Origin: Pseudonocardiaceae bacterium
Lineage (GTDB): Bacteria; Actinomycetota; Actinomycetes; Mycobacteriales; Pseudonocardiaceae
Direction: 5' to 3'
NCBI GenBank assembly: GCA_046262495.1
Contig: JBHEMR010000192.1
Span: forward strand, 2,678 to 66,677
Length of the DNA: 64,000 bases
Part shown: piece by piece, positions 1 to 10,927 of the stretch
Position numbering within the stretch: the stretch's first letter is position 1
How the letters are laid out: each line of letters starts with the position of its first letter
Made by a program: the position numbers and the translations under genes
The notes under the pieces: generated by a model
What the model was told of the DNA's origin: nothing
The model's database searches: none
Seen by the model: the letters and a program-made list of their open reading frames with translations, nothing else

Positions 1-1
1 C

Positions 2-1021
2 GAGCTGGCCCCGGACGGGACAGTCCGCAAGCCCGGGCAGGACTACTACCTCAAGCCGATGAACTGCCCGATGCACAACTTGATCTACCGTTCCCGGGGC
101 CGGTCGTACCGGGAGTTGCCGCTGCGGCTGTTCGAGTTCGGTTCGGTGTACCGCTACGAGAAGTCCGGGGTAGTGCACGGCCTGGTCCGGGCCCGTGGTT
201 TCACGCAGGACGACGCGCACATTTACTGCACCCGCGACCAGCTGCAGGACGAGATCCGGAGCCTGCTCGGGTTCGTGCTCGACCTGCTGCGCGACTACGG
301 CCTCGACGAGTTCTACCTCGAGCTGTCGACCCGGGACCTCGAGAAGTCCATCGGCACCGATGAGGAGTGGGCGGCCGCCACCGAGGCGCTGAGCAAGGCA
401 GCGGAGGCCTCGGGTCTGGAGCTGGTGCTCGATCCCGGTGGCGCGGCCTTCTACGCGCCCAAGATCTCGGTGCAGGCCCGCGACGCGATCGGCCGCAGCT
501 GGCAGCTGTCGACCATCCAGGTGGACATGATGTTGCCGGAGCGATTCGACCTGACCTACACCGCGGCTGACGGATCACGCCGGCGACCCGTAATGATCCA
601 CCGGGCGCTGTTCGGGTCGATCGAGCGCTTCTTCGGCGTCCTCACCGAGCATTACGCGGGCGCGTTCCCGGCCTGGTTGGCGCCGGTGCAGGTGGTCGGG
701 ATCCCCATCGCCGACGAGCACGTGGAGCACCTGCAGCAGGTCGCCAAGGCGCTGCGGACTCGTGGGATTCGGGTGGAGGTGGACGCCTCCGACGAGCGTA
801 TGCAAAAGAAGATCCGGACCCATACCACGCAGAAGGTGCCTTTCCTGCTGCTCGCCGGGGGCAAGGACGTCGAGGCCGGCGCGGTGTCCTTCCGGTTCCG
901 CGACGGCACTCAGATCAACGGTGTCGCAGTCGAAGACGCGGTCGGGGCCATCACCGGATGGGTGGCGCGACGCGAGAACCGCTCGCCGAGCGCCGCAGAG
1001 CTACCGATAGGCCAGCCGTGA
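2..1021 (+). CDS. thrS: threonine--tRNA ligase, C-terminal part (5' end lies outside the window)
   Basis: The frame is open from the window edge. Class II aaRS signatures ([22 protein letters not shown]) and an anticodon-binding C-terminus are present. It is followed by HIT/pgsA/patA/pimA, as in mycobacteria. Confidence 0.95.
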   Translation, partial: ELAPDGTVRKPGQDYYLKPMNCPMHNLIYRSRGRSYRELPLRLFEFGSVYRYEKSGVVHGLVRARGFTQDDAHIYCTRDQLQDEIRSLLGFVLDLLRDYGLDEFYLELSTRDLEKSIGTDEEWAAATEALSKAAEASGLELVLDPGGAAFYAPKISVQARDAIGRSWQLSTIQVDMMLPERFDLTYTAADGSRRRPVMIHRALFGSIERFFGVLTEHYAGAFPAWLAPVQVVGIPIADEHVEHLQQVAKALRTRGIRVEVDASDERMQKKIRTHTTQKVPFLLLAGGKDVEAGAVSFRFRDGTQINGVAVEDAVGAITGWVARRENRSPSAAELPIGQP

Positions 1022-1034
1022 CCGCGGCGGCGGC

Positions 1035-1583
1035 GTGATGACCGCCGAGGCGCAGGATGGGGTCGGAGCACCCGATGCGCTGCAGCGGCTGTGGACCCCA
1101 CATCGGATGGCCTACATCAAAAGGGAGGGCGAGTCCGGGCCTGAGGCCGGCGCAGCACCGTGCCCGTTCTGCCGGATCAGCACCATGGCGGACGCGGAAG
1201 GTCTGGTCATCGCTCGGGGTGCCGCGGTGTATGCGGTGCTCAACCTCTATCCTTACAACCCCGGTCACCTGATGGTGGTGCCCTACCGGCATGTCGCCGA
1301 TTACCCGGACCTGACTATGCAGGAGACCACCGAACTGGCCACCTTCACCCAGCGGGCGATGCTCGCCTGCCGGCGCGCGGCCGCCCCGCACGGCTTCAAC
1401 ATCGGGATCAATCAGGGCTCTGTCGGTGGCGCTGGAATCGCTGCGCATCTGCACCAGCACGTGGTGCCCCGGTGGGGCGGGGACGCGAACTTCATGCCGG
1501 TCGTCGCCGGAACAAAGGTGCTGCCGCAACTGCTGGCCGAGACCCACACGCTGCTGGTGAACGCATGGGAAGAGCTGTCCTGA
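1035..1583 (+). CDS. HIT-family nucleotide phosphorylase/hydrolase (Ap4A phosphorylase-like)
   Basis: Histidine triad AAHLHQHVVPRW near the C-terminus; conserved position between thrS and pgsA. Confidence 0.85.
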   Translation: MMTAEAQDGVGAPDALQRLWTPHRMAYIKREGESGPEAGAAPCPFCRISTMADAEGLVIARGAAVYAVLNLYPYNPGHLMVVPYRHVADYPDLTMQETTELATFTQRAMLACRRAAAPHGFNIGINQGSVGGAGIAAHLHQHVVPRWGGDANFMPVVAGTKVLPQLLAETHTLLVNAWEELS

Positions 1584-1665
1584 ACGCGAGCCTGCTTTTG
1601 CTGCTAGGACCGGTGGGCCGTCCCGATCCTGCTCATACCCAGCCTTTTTCCGGATAGCTCTCGCG

Positions 1666-2280
1666 ATGCTTAACATCTTCGCCCGCGCGTCGGTCTCCCG
1701 GTTGATCGAGCCGGTGGGTGGTTGGCTGTTCCGGGCAGGTGTCAGCCCCGACGCCATCACGTTCACCGGCACGATCGGGACGGTGGCCTCGTCGTTGTGG
1801 TTCTTCCCGCGTGGCCAGCTCTTGATTGGCACCATCGCGGTGACGGTTTTTGTTCTGCTCGATGTCCTGGACGGGGCGGTCGCCAGGGCCCGCGGATCCG
1901 GCACTCCGTACGGAACCGTGTTGGACGCCACCTGCGACCGGGTGGCTGACGGCGCACTGTTCGCAGGACTGACGTGGTGGTGCTTCGGGGTCGGACACGA
2001 TCGACCGTTGGCTGTGGCGGCGCTGTTCTGTTTGGTGAGCGCCCAGGTGATCTCCTACATCAAGGCCCGCGCAGAAGCCACCGGTCTGGCCGCCGATGGC
2101 GGGATGGTGGAGCGTGCGGAGCGCTTTATCATCGCGTTGGTGGGGGCCGGGCTGGCCGGGCTCGGCGTGCCCTTCGCGCTCGACGTCGCGTTGTGGCTGC
2201 TCGCCGGGTTGCAACTGGTGACTGTGGCGCAACGGATGTTCTCCGTGCGACGCAGCGCCCAGCAGCGAGAGGCGACGTGA
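1666..2280 (+). CDS. pgsA: CDP-alcohol phosphatidyltransferase (phosphatidylinositol phosphate synthase type)
   Basis: Multi-TM protein with a CDP-alcohol transferase motif (DVLDGAVAR...DATCDRVAD); synteny with patA/pimA. Confidence 0.85.
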   Translation: MLNIFARASVSRLIEPVGGWLFRAGVSPDAITFTGTIGTVASSLWFFPRGQLLIGTIAVTVFVLLDVLDGAVARARGSGTPYGTVLDATCDRVADGALFAGLTWWCFGVGHDRPLAVAALFCLVSAQVISYIKARAEATGLAADGGMVERAERFIIALVGAGLAGLGVPFALDVALWLLAGLQLVTVAQRMFSVRRSAQQREAT

Positions 2281-3173
2281 GCGGGCTCGCTGGCCTCGGG
2301 TACGCGGCCGGATGGCGGTTGCTGCGCTTTGCGCCCGGGGGCCTGGCTGTTCGGGCGTTCCGAGCCGGTGCCGACCTGGCTGCGCATCGGGAGGGTCCCG
2401 GAACCTGCCAGCTACGCCGGAACCTGGCCCGAGTGGTTCCCCATGCCACCGCGGCGGAGCTCGACGCGTTGGTCCGCGAGGGGTTGCGCTCCTACGCTCG
2501 GTACTGGCTGGAGGTCTTCACGCTGCCATGGGATGACCACGCGGCGTTGGTGGATCGGCTGGACAGCGCGATGGAGGGAGTCGAGCACCTCAACGACGCG
2601 CTGGCCAGGGGCCGAGGGGTGGTGGTAGCACTGCCGCATAGTGGCAATTGGGATATGGCCGGGTTGTGGTTCGTCGGGCGGCACGGCGCATTCAGCACCG
2701 TTGTCGAGCGCGTGGCACCTGAGGCGCTTTACCAGCGCTTTGTGGCTTATCGTCGCTCGCTGGGCTTCGAGATCGTCCCGCTGACCGGGGGAGAAACTCC
2801 GACCCGCCCGTTGTTGCACCGACTGCGGGTCGGCGGAGTGGTGTGCCTGCTCGCCGACCGGGACCTCACTGGTGCCGGGATGGCCGTGGAGTTCTTCGGT
2901 GCCCCCGCCCGGATGCCGTTAGGCCCCGCTCGGCTGGCTGCGGTTACTGGAGCCACGTTGTTGGTCGTCGGCTGCTGGTTCACCGCCGACGGTTGGGGGA
3001 TTCGCTTCCACCCGCCGGTGCCCGTGCCGGATCGATCGGCGGTCATGCAGGCCACCCAGACCGTGGCGAACTGCTTCGCCACTGACATCGCGGCGCATCC
3101 GCAGGATTGGCACATGCTGCAGCCGTTGTGGATCGACGATCTGTCCGCCACACCGCTGCGTGACGCGGGCTAG
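2277..3173 (+). CDS. patA: lauroyl/myristoyl (HtrB/PatA-type) phosphatidylinositol mannoside acyltransferase
   Basis: GTG at 2277 overlaps the pgsA stop (GTGA). The HSGNWD acyltransferase motif is present. The ORF-track N-terminal extension (1974-2276) overlaps pgsA and is Arg/Gly junk. Confidence 0.8.
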   Translation: MSGLAGLGYAAGWRLLRFAPGGLAVRAFRAGADLAAHREGPGTCQLRRNLARVVPHATAAELDALVREGLRSYARYWLEVFTLPWDDHAALVDRLDSAMEGVEHLNDALARGRGVVVALPHSGNWDMAGLWFVGRHGAFSTVVERVAPEALYQRFVAYRRSLGFEIVPLTGGETPTRPLLHRLRVGGVVCLLADRDLTGAGMAVEFFGAPARMPLGPARLAAVTGATLLVVGCWFTADGWGIRFHPPVPVPDRSAVMQATQTVANCFATDIAAHPQDWHMLQPLWIDDLSATPLRDAG

Positions 3174-3181
3174 GGGGTCTT

Positions 3182-4342
3182 GTGCGGATCGGGATGGTCT
3201 GCCCGTATTCCATCGCCGTACCGGGCGGCGTGCAGGCGCACGTGCTCGGGTTGGCCACGGGTCTACGCGGTCTGGGTCACCAGGTAGAGGTGCTCGCCCC
3301 GGCCACGGCAGGCAGTGTCTCGCCCGAGTCCGTCACCTCCGGGGGTCGCGCCGTAGGGGTGCCCTACAACGGATCGATCGCCCCGCTGGCATTCGGCCCG
3401 GTGGCGCTGCACAGGACCCGGCGTTGGCTCAATGACCACGATTTCGACGTGCTGCACTTACACGAGCCTGCTGCGCCGAGCCTGTCGTTGATCGCACTGG
3501 CCCTTGCCGACCGGCCCGTCGTGGCGACCTTCCACTTCGCCACCGGACGATCCTGGGCGCTGGCGGCGGCGCACGGTGTGCTGCAGCCCACGATGGAGAA
3601 GATCACGGCCCGGATCGCGGTCTCCCCGCTGGCCCGACGGGTGGTGGTGGAATACCTCGGTGGTGACGCCGTGGAGATCCCGAACGGCGTCGATGTGTCG
3701 CATTTCGCCCGAGCTCAACCGCTGCCCGGGTACCCGCGGATCGGTGGCACGGTGGGCTTCGTGGGTCGCTTCGGCGAAACGCGCAAGGGAATGCCGGTGC
3801 TGCTGGCGGCCCTGCGCACAGTAGTCCAGACGCGGCCGGACCTGCTCCTGTTGGTGGTCGGTCGCGGCGACGCCGCAGGACTGCTCCGCGCTGCCGGGTC
3901 AACGCTGGCGCCCCGGATCCGGGTACTGCCCGCGTTAGAAGACGAGGGCAAGGCCGCGGTATTGGCCAGCGTGGATGTGCTGTGCGTGCCCGCGATCGGA
4001 GGGGAGAGCTTCGGCATCGTGCTCAGCGAGGCGATGGCCGCCGGCAGCCCCGTGGTGGCTAGCGACCTCGATGCCTTCCGCCGCGTGCTTGACGGTGGTC
4101 AGGCTGGGGTGTTGGTCCCTGCGGGATCACCGGCCCCGCTGGCCACGGCACTCGATGATCTGCTTGGTGATCCAGAGAGGCGCGCTCTGTTGGCTGCTGC
4201 CGGCCGCCGGCGGGCGGCGATGTGGGACTGGCCGATAGTGGCGCGCCGGGTGCTGCAAGTCTACGAGACAGCGGTTGCAGCCGATCCGCGCCGGCTCGCT
4301 TCCGGACCGGGCGCCGGACTGAGCCGGTACCGGCCTAGCTAG
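3182..4342 (+). CDS. pimA: GT4 glycosyltransferase, phosphatidylinositol alpha-mannosyltransferase
   Basis: N-terminus MRIGMVCPYS..PGGVQ.HV and the C-terminal GT4 motif ESFGIVLSEAMAAG; conserved synteny. Confidence 0.85.
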   Translation: MRIGMVCPYSIAVPGGVQAHVLGLATGLRGLGHQVEVLAPATAGSVSPESVTSGGRAVGVPYNGSIAPLAFGPVALHRTRRWLNDHDFDVLHLHEPAAPSLSLIALALADRPVVATFHFATGRSWALAAAHGVLQPTMEKITARIAVSPLARRVVVEYLGGDAVEIPNGVDVSHFARAQPLPGYPRIGGTVGFVGRFGETRKGMPVLLAALRTVVQTRPDLLLLVVGRGDAAGLLRAAGSTLAPRIRVLPALEDEGKAAVLASVDVLCVPAIGGESFGIVLSEAMAAGSPVVASDLDAFRRVLDGGQAGVLVPAGSPAPLATALDDLLGDPERRALLAAAGRRRAAMWDWPIVARRVLQVYETAVAADPRRLASGPGAGLSRYRPS

Positions 4343-4351
4343 GGTCACCCG

Positions 4352-4909
4352 GTGCGAGTTGCCCGGGTGGCGATGACCGCCGCGGTGCTGATCGCCGTGG
4401 CGGGTGCGGTGGGCGCGATGCACGCGGCTACCCGGTTGGACCGGTTGCATGTGCGGACAGACGCCGCCTGGGCCGCTCTGGACGCCGCCTTGGGTAGCCG
4501 AGCGCGTGCGTCCTTGGGTGTGCAGGGCGGTGCCGCGCTGCGCCGTGCCGCCGACGCCGCCCTGCTGGCAGGGATGGATTCGGCCTTGCGGACGGCCGGG
4601 CGCTGCACCCACCGGGCCGGTGCGGCGTTCCGCGAGGACGTCGAGAATGAACTGGGCCGGGTGCTCGCCGTGCTGGACCGTCGTGGTCTCGAATCCGCCT
4701 GTGCGGATTGGCTGGCCGACGCGGAGCAGCGAGCGGTGATCGCTCGCCGGGTTTATAACGACGCGGTACGCGACACCCTGGCGTTGCGCTCGCACCGCAT
4801 GGTTCGGTGGCTGCGCCTGGCTGGTACGGCCCCGCTGCCGCGCTATTTCGAGATCGTTGAACCGGCGTTGCCCAGTTACGGACTCGAGCTGGACGGCGCC
4901 GGGGCGTAG
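4352..4909 (+). CDS. hypothetical protein with an N-terminal membrane anchor
   Basis: Hydrophobic N-terminus (AMTAAVLIAVAGAVGA) followed by an Ala/Arg-rich helical region. Only a weak LemA-like flavour. The 3' end overlaps the convergent EF-G-like gene. Confidence 0.45.
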   Translation: MRVARVAMTAAVLIAVAGAVGAMHAATRLDRLHVRTDAAWAALDAALGSRARASLGVQGGAALRRAADAALLAGMDSALRTAGRCTHRAGAAFREDVENELGRVLAVLDRRGLESACADWLADAEQRAVIARRVYNDAVRDTLALRSHRMVRWLRLAGTAPLPRYFEIVEPALPSYGLELDGAGA

Positions 4910-6999
4910 CGCGAGAAACGTCGGGTGAACATGGCGGTCCCCGACGTGAGTCCACGCAGGTCGACGGCGTAGCGAAGCAACTCGGCTGCTGGCACCTCGG
5001 CACGAACCAGCATCCGGCCGGCCGAGTCGGTTTCGGTGCCCAGCACCCGACCTCGTCGCCCTGACAGGTCTCCCAGCACGGTACCCAGGTGGTCCTCGGG
5101 CATCCGCACTTCCACGTCGTCCAGCGGCTCCAGCGAGACCACGCTGCCCTTCTCCGCAGCGTCCTTGAGTGCCAGCGCCCCCGCCATCTGGAAGGCTGCG
5201 TCGGAGGAGTCCACGCTGTGTGCTTTGCCGTCGACGAGGGTGACCCGGATATCCACCAGGGGAAATCCGCTGTTTCCGAGGCCACGTTCCATCTGCGTCC
5301 GGACGCCCTTTTCCACGCTCGGGATGAACTGGTGCGGGACGGCACCACCGACCACCTTGTCCACGAATTCGAAGCCGGCCCCTTGTGGCAGCGGTTCCAC
5401 CTCCACGTCGCACACCGCATATTGACCGTGCCCACCAGACTGCTTGACGTGTCGCCCATGGCCCTTGGAGGGGCTGGCGAAGGTTTCCCGCAGTGGCACC
5501 GCGACCGGCTCCGTGTCCACGTCGGCGCCTGCGGCACGCAGCCGGGAAAGCACCACATCAGCATGCGCCTCGCCGGTGCACCACAGCACCATCTGATGGG
5601 TTTCTGCGTTGCGTTCCAGCCGTAGTGTCGGATCCGCGGCCACCAACCGGCCCAGTCCCCGGGCCAACGCATCCTCATCACTGCGACTGCGGCCCACCAC
5701 CGCCACCGGCAGCAACGGCTCCGGCATCGTCCACGGCGCCACCAGTAAGGGGTCGTTGGGCGACGACAGCGTGTCCCCGGTCTCGGCGGAGACCACCTTG
5801 GTCACCGCGCAGAGATCACCGGCCACGCAGTGCGGTACTTCGCTCAGTGTCCCGCCCAGCGGGGTGTAGACGTGCGCCACCCGCTCGTCGACGTCGTGGT
5901 CGGCATGGCCGCGGTCGGCCAGCCCACGCCCGGAAACATGCACCGGACGATCGGGAAGCAATGTCCCGGAGAACACCCGCACCAGCGATACCCGACCCTG
6001 GTAAGGGTCCACCGTGGTGCGTACCACCTCCGCAACAAGCGGCGCGGCAGGGTCGACGGCCACCACCGGATGAGGCGATCCGTCGGGACGAGTCACCGGG
6101 GGAGGAGCGTTCTTACTGGGAGCGGGAAAGGCGCCGGTCAGTACCTCGAGGAGCTCGGCGAGGCCCAGCCCGCTGTTGGCGCAGACTGGGATTACGGGGT
6201 GGAACGAGCCCCGGCTCACCGCGGTCTCCAAGTCCTCGATCAGCGCATTGACGTCGAGATCCGCACCGTCGAGATAGCGGTCCATCAAGGACTCGTCCTC
6301 GCTCTCGGCGATGATCCCCTCGATGAGCTCGTTGCGTGCCACACCGACCTCGTCGGGATCCGCGGCGCTTGGTTCTCCCTCAACCGGAGGGTATCCGCCG
6401 CGGTAGTCGAACAGTCGCTGCGACAGCAGACCCACCAGACCGGTCACCACGCCCACTCCGTCGCGCACCGGCAGGTACAGCGGCAGCACCCCGCTACCGA
6501 AGGCGGCCCGGCAGGCAGCGGTCACCCCGTCGAGGTCGGTCCGCGGGTGGTCCAGCCGGCTCACCACCACGATCCGAGGCATCCCAATTTCGGCGCACTC
6601 CTGCCACAGGGCGACAGTGGCAGCGTCGACCCCATCCCCGGAAGAGATTACGAACAGTGCCGCATCCGCCGCCCGTAGCCCGGCCCGCAGCTCGCCCACA
6701 AAGTCTGCATAGCCGGGAGTGTCCACAAGATTAATCTTGATGTCGTCGTATTGCAGTGGTGCGATGGCCAGCGTCACCGACCGTTGCTGGCGTACCGCGG
6801 CCGGGTCATGGTCACACACTGTGGTGCCGTCCGCGATAGTGCCCGCGCGGCTGATCGCGCCGGTGGCCACCAGCAGGGCCTCCGCCAATGTCGTCTTACC
6901 CGCCCCGGAGGGCCCGACAAGCGCCACGTTGCGGATGCGGGACGGGTCCTGCACCGCCACGGCTGAATCAGCACGGTCAGCGTTGCCTTTTGTGCCCAT
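4876..6999 (-). CDS. elongation factor G-like GTPase (EF-G paralogue)
   Basis: P-loop [13 protein letters not shown], the SRLD variant of NKxD, and full EF-G domain length (707 aa). Divergent from pdxS. Confidence 0.9.
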   Translation of the reverse strand: MGTKGNADRADSAVAVQDPSRIRNVALVGPSGAGKTTLAEALLVATGAISRAGTIADGTTVCDHDPAAVRQQRSVTLAIAPLQYDDIKINLVDTPGYADFVGELRAGLRAADAALFVISSGDGVDAATVALWQECAEIGMPRIVVVSRLDHPRTDLDGVTAACRAAFGSGVLPLYLPVRDGVGVVTGLVGLLSQRLFDYRGGYPPVEGEPSAADPDEVGVARNELIEGIIAESEDESLMDRYLDGADLDVNALIEDLETAVSRGSFHPVIPVCANSGLGLAELLEVLTGAFPAPSKNAPPPVTRPDGSPHPVVAVDPAAPLVAEVVRTTVDPYQGRVSLVRVFSGTLLPDRPVHVSGRGLADRGHADHDVDERVAHVYTPLGGTLSEVPHCVAGDLCAVTKVVSAETGDTLSSPNDPLLVAPWTMPEPLLPVAVVGRSRSDEDALARGLGRLVAADPTLRLERNAETHQMVLWCTGEAHADVVLSRLRAAGADVDTEPVAVPLRETFASPSKGHGRHVKQSGGHGQYAVCDVEVEPLPQGAGFEFVDKVVGGAVPHQFIPSVEKGVRTQMERGLGNSGFPLVDIRVTLVDGKAHSVDSSDAAFQMAGALALKDAAEKGSVVSLEPLDDVEVRMPEDHLGTVLGDLSGRRGRVLGTETDSAGRMLVRAEVPAAELLRYAVDLRGLTSGTAMFTRRFSRYAPAPSSSSP

Positions 7000-7153
7000 G
7001 GAACCCCACCCTCAGCTGTGCGGACCCTGTGGTCGATCTCACACCGGTGCGACGGCCGAGGCAACCCCCGGACGGCTCTCATCGGCGACGTCGTTAGCCA
7101 CCCGACGTACTATCGGATCCTGCATCTCAATCCGCTGCTTGAGGGAGCGAACC

Positions 7154-7225
7154 ACTGTGTCCACTGAGAACAGCGTGTCCGCTGAGAGCACTGTGCCGGC
7201 CGAGGAGACTGTGTTTATCGAGAAC
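7154..7225 (+). repeat. four tandem 18-nt repeats (hexapeptide (T/S)V-x-x-E-x), each carrying an in-frame GTG, at the pdxS 5' end
   Basis: ACTGTGTCCACTGAGAAC / AGCGTGTCCGCTGAGAGC / ACTGTGCCGGCCGAGGAG / ACTGTGTTTATCGAGAAC, read directly from the sequence. Confidence 0.8.
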
Positions 7226-8119
7226 AGCAATATCAAGCGCCAGGTCGGCACCGCACGGGTCAAGCGCGGGATGGCCGAGATGTTGAAGGGTGGTGTGATC
7301 ATGGACGTGGTCACGCCGGAGCAGGCCAGAATCGCCGAGAACGCCGGCGCGGTGGCCGTCATGGCGCTGGAGCGTGTTCCCGCCGATATCCGTGCGCAGG
7401 GCGGCGTGGCCCGGATGAGTGATCCGGACATGATCGCAAAGATCATGGACGCGGTGACCATCCCGGTGATGGCCAAGGCCCGCATAGGCCATTTCGTCGA
7501 GGCGCAGGTGCTGCAGGCGATCGGTGTGGACTACATCGACGAGTCGGAGGTGCTGACCCCGGCTGACGAGGCGCACCACATCGACAAGTTCGCCTTCACG
7601 GTGCCTTTCGTGTGTGGCGCCACCAATCTCGGCGAGGCACTGCGCCGGATTTCCGAAGGTGCCGCCATGATCCGGTCCAAGGGTGAAGCCGGGACCGGCA
7701 ATGTCGTCGAGGCGACCCGGCACATGCGCTCGATCCGCGCCGCGATCCGCTCGCTGGCCGCGATGCACCCTGAGGAGGTGCCTGCCGCGGCCAAGGAGCT
7801 AGCCGCTCCGCTGGAGCTGGTCCGCGAGGTTGCCGCGGCCGGCTCCTTGCCGGTGGTGTTGTTCACCGCCGGTGGTATTGCCACCCCTGCCGACGCGGCG
7901 ATGATGATGAAGCTGGGCGCCGAGGGACTGTTCGTCGGCTCAGGCATCTTCAAATCGGGCGACCCCGCCAAGCGAGCGGAAGCGATCGTCAAAGCGACCA
8001 CGTTCCACGACGACCCCGAGATGGTGGCGAAGGTGTCCCGAGGGTTGGGCGAACCGATGGTGGGAATCAACCTCAGCGATCTGCCGGACGGGCAGCGGCT
8101 GGCCCAGCGCGGCTGGTGA
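7157..8119 (+). CDS. pdxS: pyridoxal 5'-phosphate synthase lyase subunit PdxS
   Basis: [22 protein letters not shown]...RLAQRGW is near-identical to the mycobacterial PdxS pattern. The start is ambiguous among in-frame GTGs at 7157, 7175, 7193 and 7211; 7211 has a GAGGAG SD and gives the homologue-like length. Confidence 0.9.
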   Translation: MSTENSVSAESTVPAEETVFIENSNIKRQVGTARVKRGMAEMLKGGVIMDVVTPEQARIAENAGAVAVMALERVPADIRAQGGVARMSDPDMIAKIMDAVTIPVMAKARIGHFVEAQVLQAIGVDYIDESEVLTPADEAHHIDKFAFTVPFVCGATNLGEALRRISEGAAMIRSKGEAGTGNVVEATRHMRSIRAAIRSLAAMHPEEVPAAAKELAAPLELVREVAAAGSLPVVLFTAGGIATPADAAMMMKLGAEGLFVGSGIFKSGDPAKRAEAIVKATTFHDDPEMVAKVSRGLGEPMVGINLSDLPDGQRLAQRGW

Positions 8120-9333
8120 CCACCGGCAACGGTGGGGCCGACGCCGAGGCGCTGCTGCTGTCGGCAACCGCGGGCGGGCGGCTGCGGACCCCGGGGCCCG
8201 AGGGCGGGGCCGCCCGGTTGTCCCGGATTACCCGCGGGACCCTGCTGGTGCATGCTGACCTGCACAATCACACACTGCTCTCCGATGGTGCCGGCGACCC
8301 AGCGGCGGCATTCCCCACGATGCGCGACGCCGGGCTGGACGTCGCGGCCCTCACCGACCACGCGATCCGTGGCGCAGCGGTGGAGGGCACCGGTATGGGT
8401 GGTACGCCGTGGATCGGATTGGACCGGGCAGGCTGGCGACGCACCGCGGAACTCGCCGACGCCCATGACCAGCCCGGCGAGTTCACCGCGATTCGTGGCT
8501 TCGAGTGGTCGCATCCGAGAGTGGGGCACGTCAACGCCTGGTTCACCGATGACTTCACCGACGTCGCGACCCATCAAGGGATGGGTGAGTTGTACGCCTG
8601 GTTGACCCAGGATGGCCGGCGCAACGGCGTTCGCGCCGCCGCCGGGCTTGCCGGCTTCAACCACCCGGGCCGGGAGGATGGCCGATTCGCCGGCTTTCGT
8701 TATGTGGCCGCGGTTGCAGAGCAGGTGGTCAGCCTGGAGATGTTCAACCGCACCGATGACTACCTGTTCCAGGGCGTCGCCGCGGGTGCCACCTCTCCCT
8801 TGGTGGCCTGCCTGGATGCCGGCTGGCGGACGGGGTTGCTCGGTGTCAGCGATGAGCACACCGCCAACTGGGGTTTGCAGCCCGGTACCGGACGCGGTGG
8901 GCTGTGGGTGATCGAGCACAGCCGGGCGGGGGTCGCTGAGGCATTGCGAGCCCGGCGGTTCTTCGCCACCCGGGTCGCCGGGCTGCGGGTGGACGCCACC
9001 GCCGGTGGGATGCGAATGGGCTCGGTGCTGCCGCACCGCCAGGGATCCGTTGAGTTCATCGTCGACGTCGACTGCGGCCCGTCGTGGGCTGGCCGCGCGC
9101 TGCAGGTACAGGTGCTGCGCCCGGACACGCCGGTGCCTGCGGTGGCCGATGTCGTCGAGATTCGCTGTGGCGAGGTCGCCCGCTTCACCGTGCCGATGAG
9201 CATCGAGGAGGGCCACTGGACGGTGCTGCGCCTAGCCGACCCAGACATCCCCAACAACACCCAAGCCCCGCTCAACCACCCCGCCAATAACCACGCCATC
9301 GCCTATACCAGCCCCTGGTTCCTACAGCCCTGA
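8116..9333 (+). CDS. PHP-domain (CehA/McbA-like) metal-dependent phosphoesterase
   Basis: N-terminal [13 protein letters not shown]...LTDHA PHP motifs. The GTG start overlaps the pdxS stop (GTGA). Confidence 0.7.
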   Translation: MTTGNGGADAEALLLSATAGGRLRTPGPEGGAARLSRITRGTLLVHADLHNHTLLSDGAGDPAAAFPTMRDAGLDVAALTDHAIRGAAVEGTGMGGTPWIGLDRAGWRRTAELADAHDQPGEFTAIRGFEWSHPRVGHVNAWFTDDFTDVATHQGMGELYAWLTQDGRRNGVRAAAGLAGFNHPGREDGRFAGFRYVAAVAEQVVSLEMFNRTDDYLFQGVAAGATSPLVACLDAGWRTGLLGVSDEHTANWGLQPGTGRGGLWVIEHSRAGVAEALRARRFFATRVAGLRVDATAGGMRMGSVLPHRQGSVEFIVDVDCGPSWAGRALQVQVLRPDTPVPAVADVVEIRCGEVARFTVPMSIEEGHWTVLRLADPDIPNNTQAPLNHPANNHAIAYTSPWFLQP

Positions 9334-9390
9334 CCCCAGGCGCTCCACAGGACCGCGGTTCGGCTCCGAATGGCGGTCTAGCCTGGTGCT

Positions 9391-10011
9391 GTGACGGTCG
9401 TGGGTGTGCTGGGGTTGCAGGGCGATGTGCGGGAGCATCTACGAGCGGTACGGGAGTGCGGGTTGGATAGCGTGCTGGTGCGGCGCACCGAGGAGCTCGC
9501 TGAGGTGGATGCATTGATCCTGCCTGGCGGCGAGTCCACCACGATGAGCCGGCTACTGGTCGCCTTTGATTTGATGGAACCGCTGCGTGTCCGGCTTGCC
9601 GAGGGGATGCCGGCCTACGGCTCGTGCGCGGGGATGATCCTGCTGTGCCGAGAGGTCCTTGACGGTAGGCGTGACCAGCGGCAACTCGCGGTGCTGGACG
9701 CGGTGGTGCGCCGTAACGCTTTCGGTCGGCAGGTTGACTCCTTCGAGGCCGATCTCGACTTCGCTGGGGTGCCGGGTGACCCTGTGCGGGCGGTGTTCAT
9801 CCGCGCCCCCTGGGTGGAGCAAGCGGATTCCGGTGTTGAGGTGCTGGCCAGGGTGCCCGACGTGGCAGTGGCCGGTAGCGCCGCCGGTAGGATCGTGGCG
9901 ATCCGGCAAGGGTCCGTGCTGGCCACCGCGTTTCATCCCGAGCTGACCGGCGACTGGCGGGTGCACCAGTTCTTCTGCGAGATGGTCACAAGTCCCGTGG
10001 GGTGCAAGTAA
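9391..10011 (+). CDS. pdxT: pyridoxal 5'-phosphate synthase glutaminase subunit PdxT
   Basis: [27 protein letters not shown](M) catalytic Cys, FHPE motif. Confidence 0.9.
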   Translation: MTVVGVLGLQGDVREHLRAVRECGLDSVLVRRTEELAEVDALILPGGESTTMSRLLVAFDLMEPLRVRLAEGMPAYGSCAGMILLCREVLDGRRDQRQLAVLDAVVRRNAFGRQVDSFEADLDFAGVPGDPVRAVFIRAPWVEQADSGVEVLARVPDVAVAGSAAGRIVAIRQGSVLATAFHPELTGDWRVHQFFCEMVTSPVGCK

Positions 10012-10065
10012 GGGCAAGGGCATGCAGGTGAGACGGGCACGCGAGCAAGAGGAGCATGGGCAGGT

Positions 10066-10818
10066 ATGAGCGGCCATTCAAAATGGGCGACCACCAAGCA
10101 CAAGAAGGCCGTGGTCGACGCCAAGCGGGGCAAGCTCTTCGCTAAGTTGATCAAGAACATCGAGGTGGCGGCGCGCACCGGTGGGGGCGACCCGGACGGC
10201 AACCCGACGCTGTTCGACGCGATCCAGAAGGCCCGCAGAACTTCAGTGCCCACCGACAATATCGACCGGGCCGTCAAGCGCGGCTCCGGTGCGGACGCTG
10301 GCGGCGTTGACTACCAAACGATCATGTATGAGGGATACGGACCCGGGGGGGTGGCACTACTCATTGAGTGCCTCACCGACAACCGCAACCGGGCCGCCTC
10401 CGAGGTCCGCACCGCGATGACCCGCAACGGCGGCACGATGGCCGATCCTGGGTCAGTGTCGTTTCTGTTCAGCCGGAAAGGCCTCGTGATCGTCCCGAAG
10501 CAAAAGGGTATCTCCGAGGATGACGTGCTGGCCGCAGTGCTCGATGCCAGTGCGGAGGAGGTCAATGACCTGGGCGAGTCCTTCGCGGTCGTGTCAGAAG
10601 CGACCGACCTCATCGCGGTGCGCACCGCGTTGCAGCACGCTGGCATCGACTACGACTCAGCCGACGCGAGCTTCCTGCCCTCGGCGAGTACCGCGCTGGA
10701 CGCCGACACCGCCCGCAAGGTGTTCAAGCTGATCGACGCGCTAGAGGACAGCGACGACGTCCAGAACGTCTACGCCAACTTCGACGTCTCCGACGATGTT
10801 CTCGCCGAGGTGGGCTGA
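10066..10818 (+). CDS. yebC: YebC/PmpR-family transcriptional regulator
   Basis: [15 protein letters not shown]... is the canonical YebC N-terminus; it sits upstream of ruvCAB. Confidence 0.95.
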   Translation: MSGHSKWATTKHKKAVVDAKRGKLFAKLIKNIEVAARTGGGDPDGNPTLFDAIQKARRTSVPTDNIDRAVKRGSGADAGGVDYQTIMYEGYGPGGVALLIECLTDNRNRAASEVRTAMTRNGGTMADPGSVSFLFSRKGLVIVPKQKGISEDDVLAAVLDASAEEVNDLGESFAVVSEATDLIAVRTALQHAGIDYDSADASFLPSASTALDADTARKVFKLIDALEDSDDVQNVYANFDVSDDVLAEVG

Positions 10819-10927
10819 CCGGATCGCCGGCTGAATGTGCCCACCAGCGGTGCGTCGGGAGCGCGGCGCGGTGGCCTGGGGCTAGGGTTCGAACGGGTGT
10901 TCGTTCGTAGTGGAGTGGGGAGGGCGC

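Noticed and set aside
1974-2276. Long N-terminal extension of the acyltransferase ORF (also 44389-44967 for urtC and 46052-46906 for urtE)
   Set aside because: The extensions overlap the preceding genes out of frame and translate to Arg/Gly junk. Internal starts that overlap the upstream stop codons give homologue-like N-termini.
7531-9216. 561-aa minus-strand ORF antisense to pdxS and the PHP gene
   Set aside because: It is Arg/Pro/Gly-rich with no motifs, and it lies exactly opposite two well-supported + strand genes. This is a typical high-GC antisense artefact.
10881-10905. GGGTTCGAAC string resembling a tRNA T-arm upstream of ruvC
   Set aside because: No acceptor, D or anticodon arms can be built around it. 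It is just a 6-bp palindrome (CGAACG/CGTTCG).
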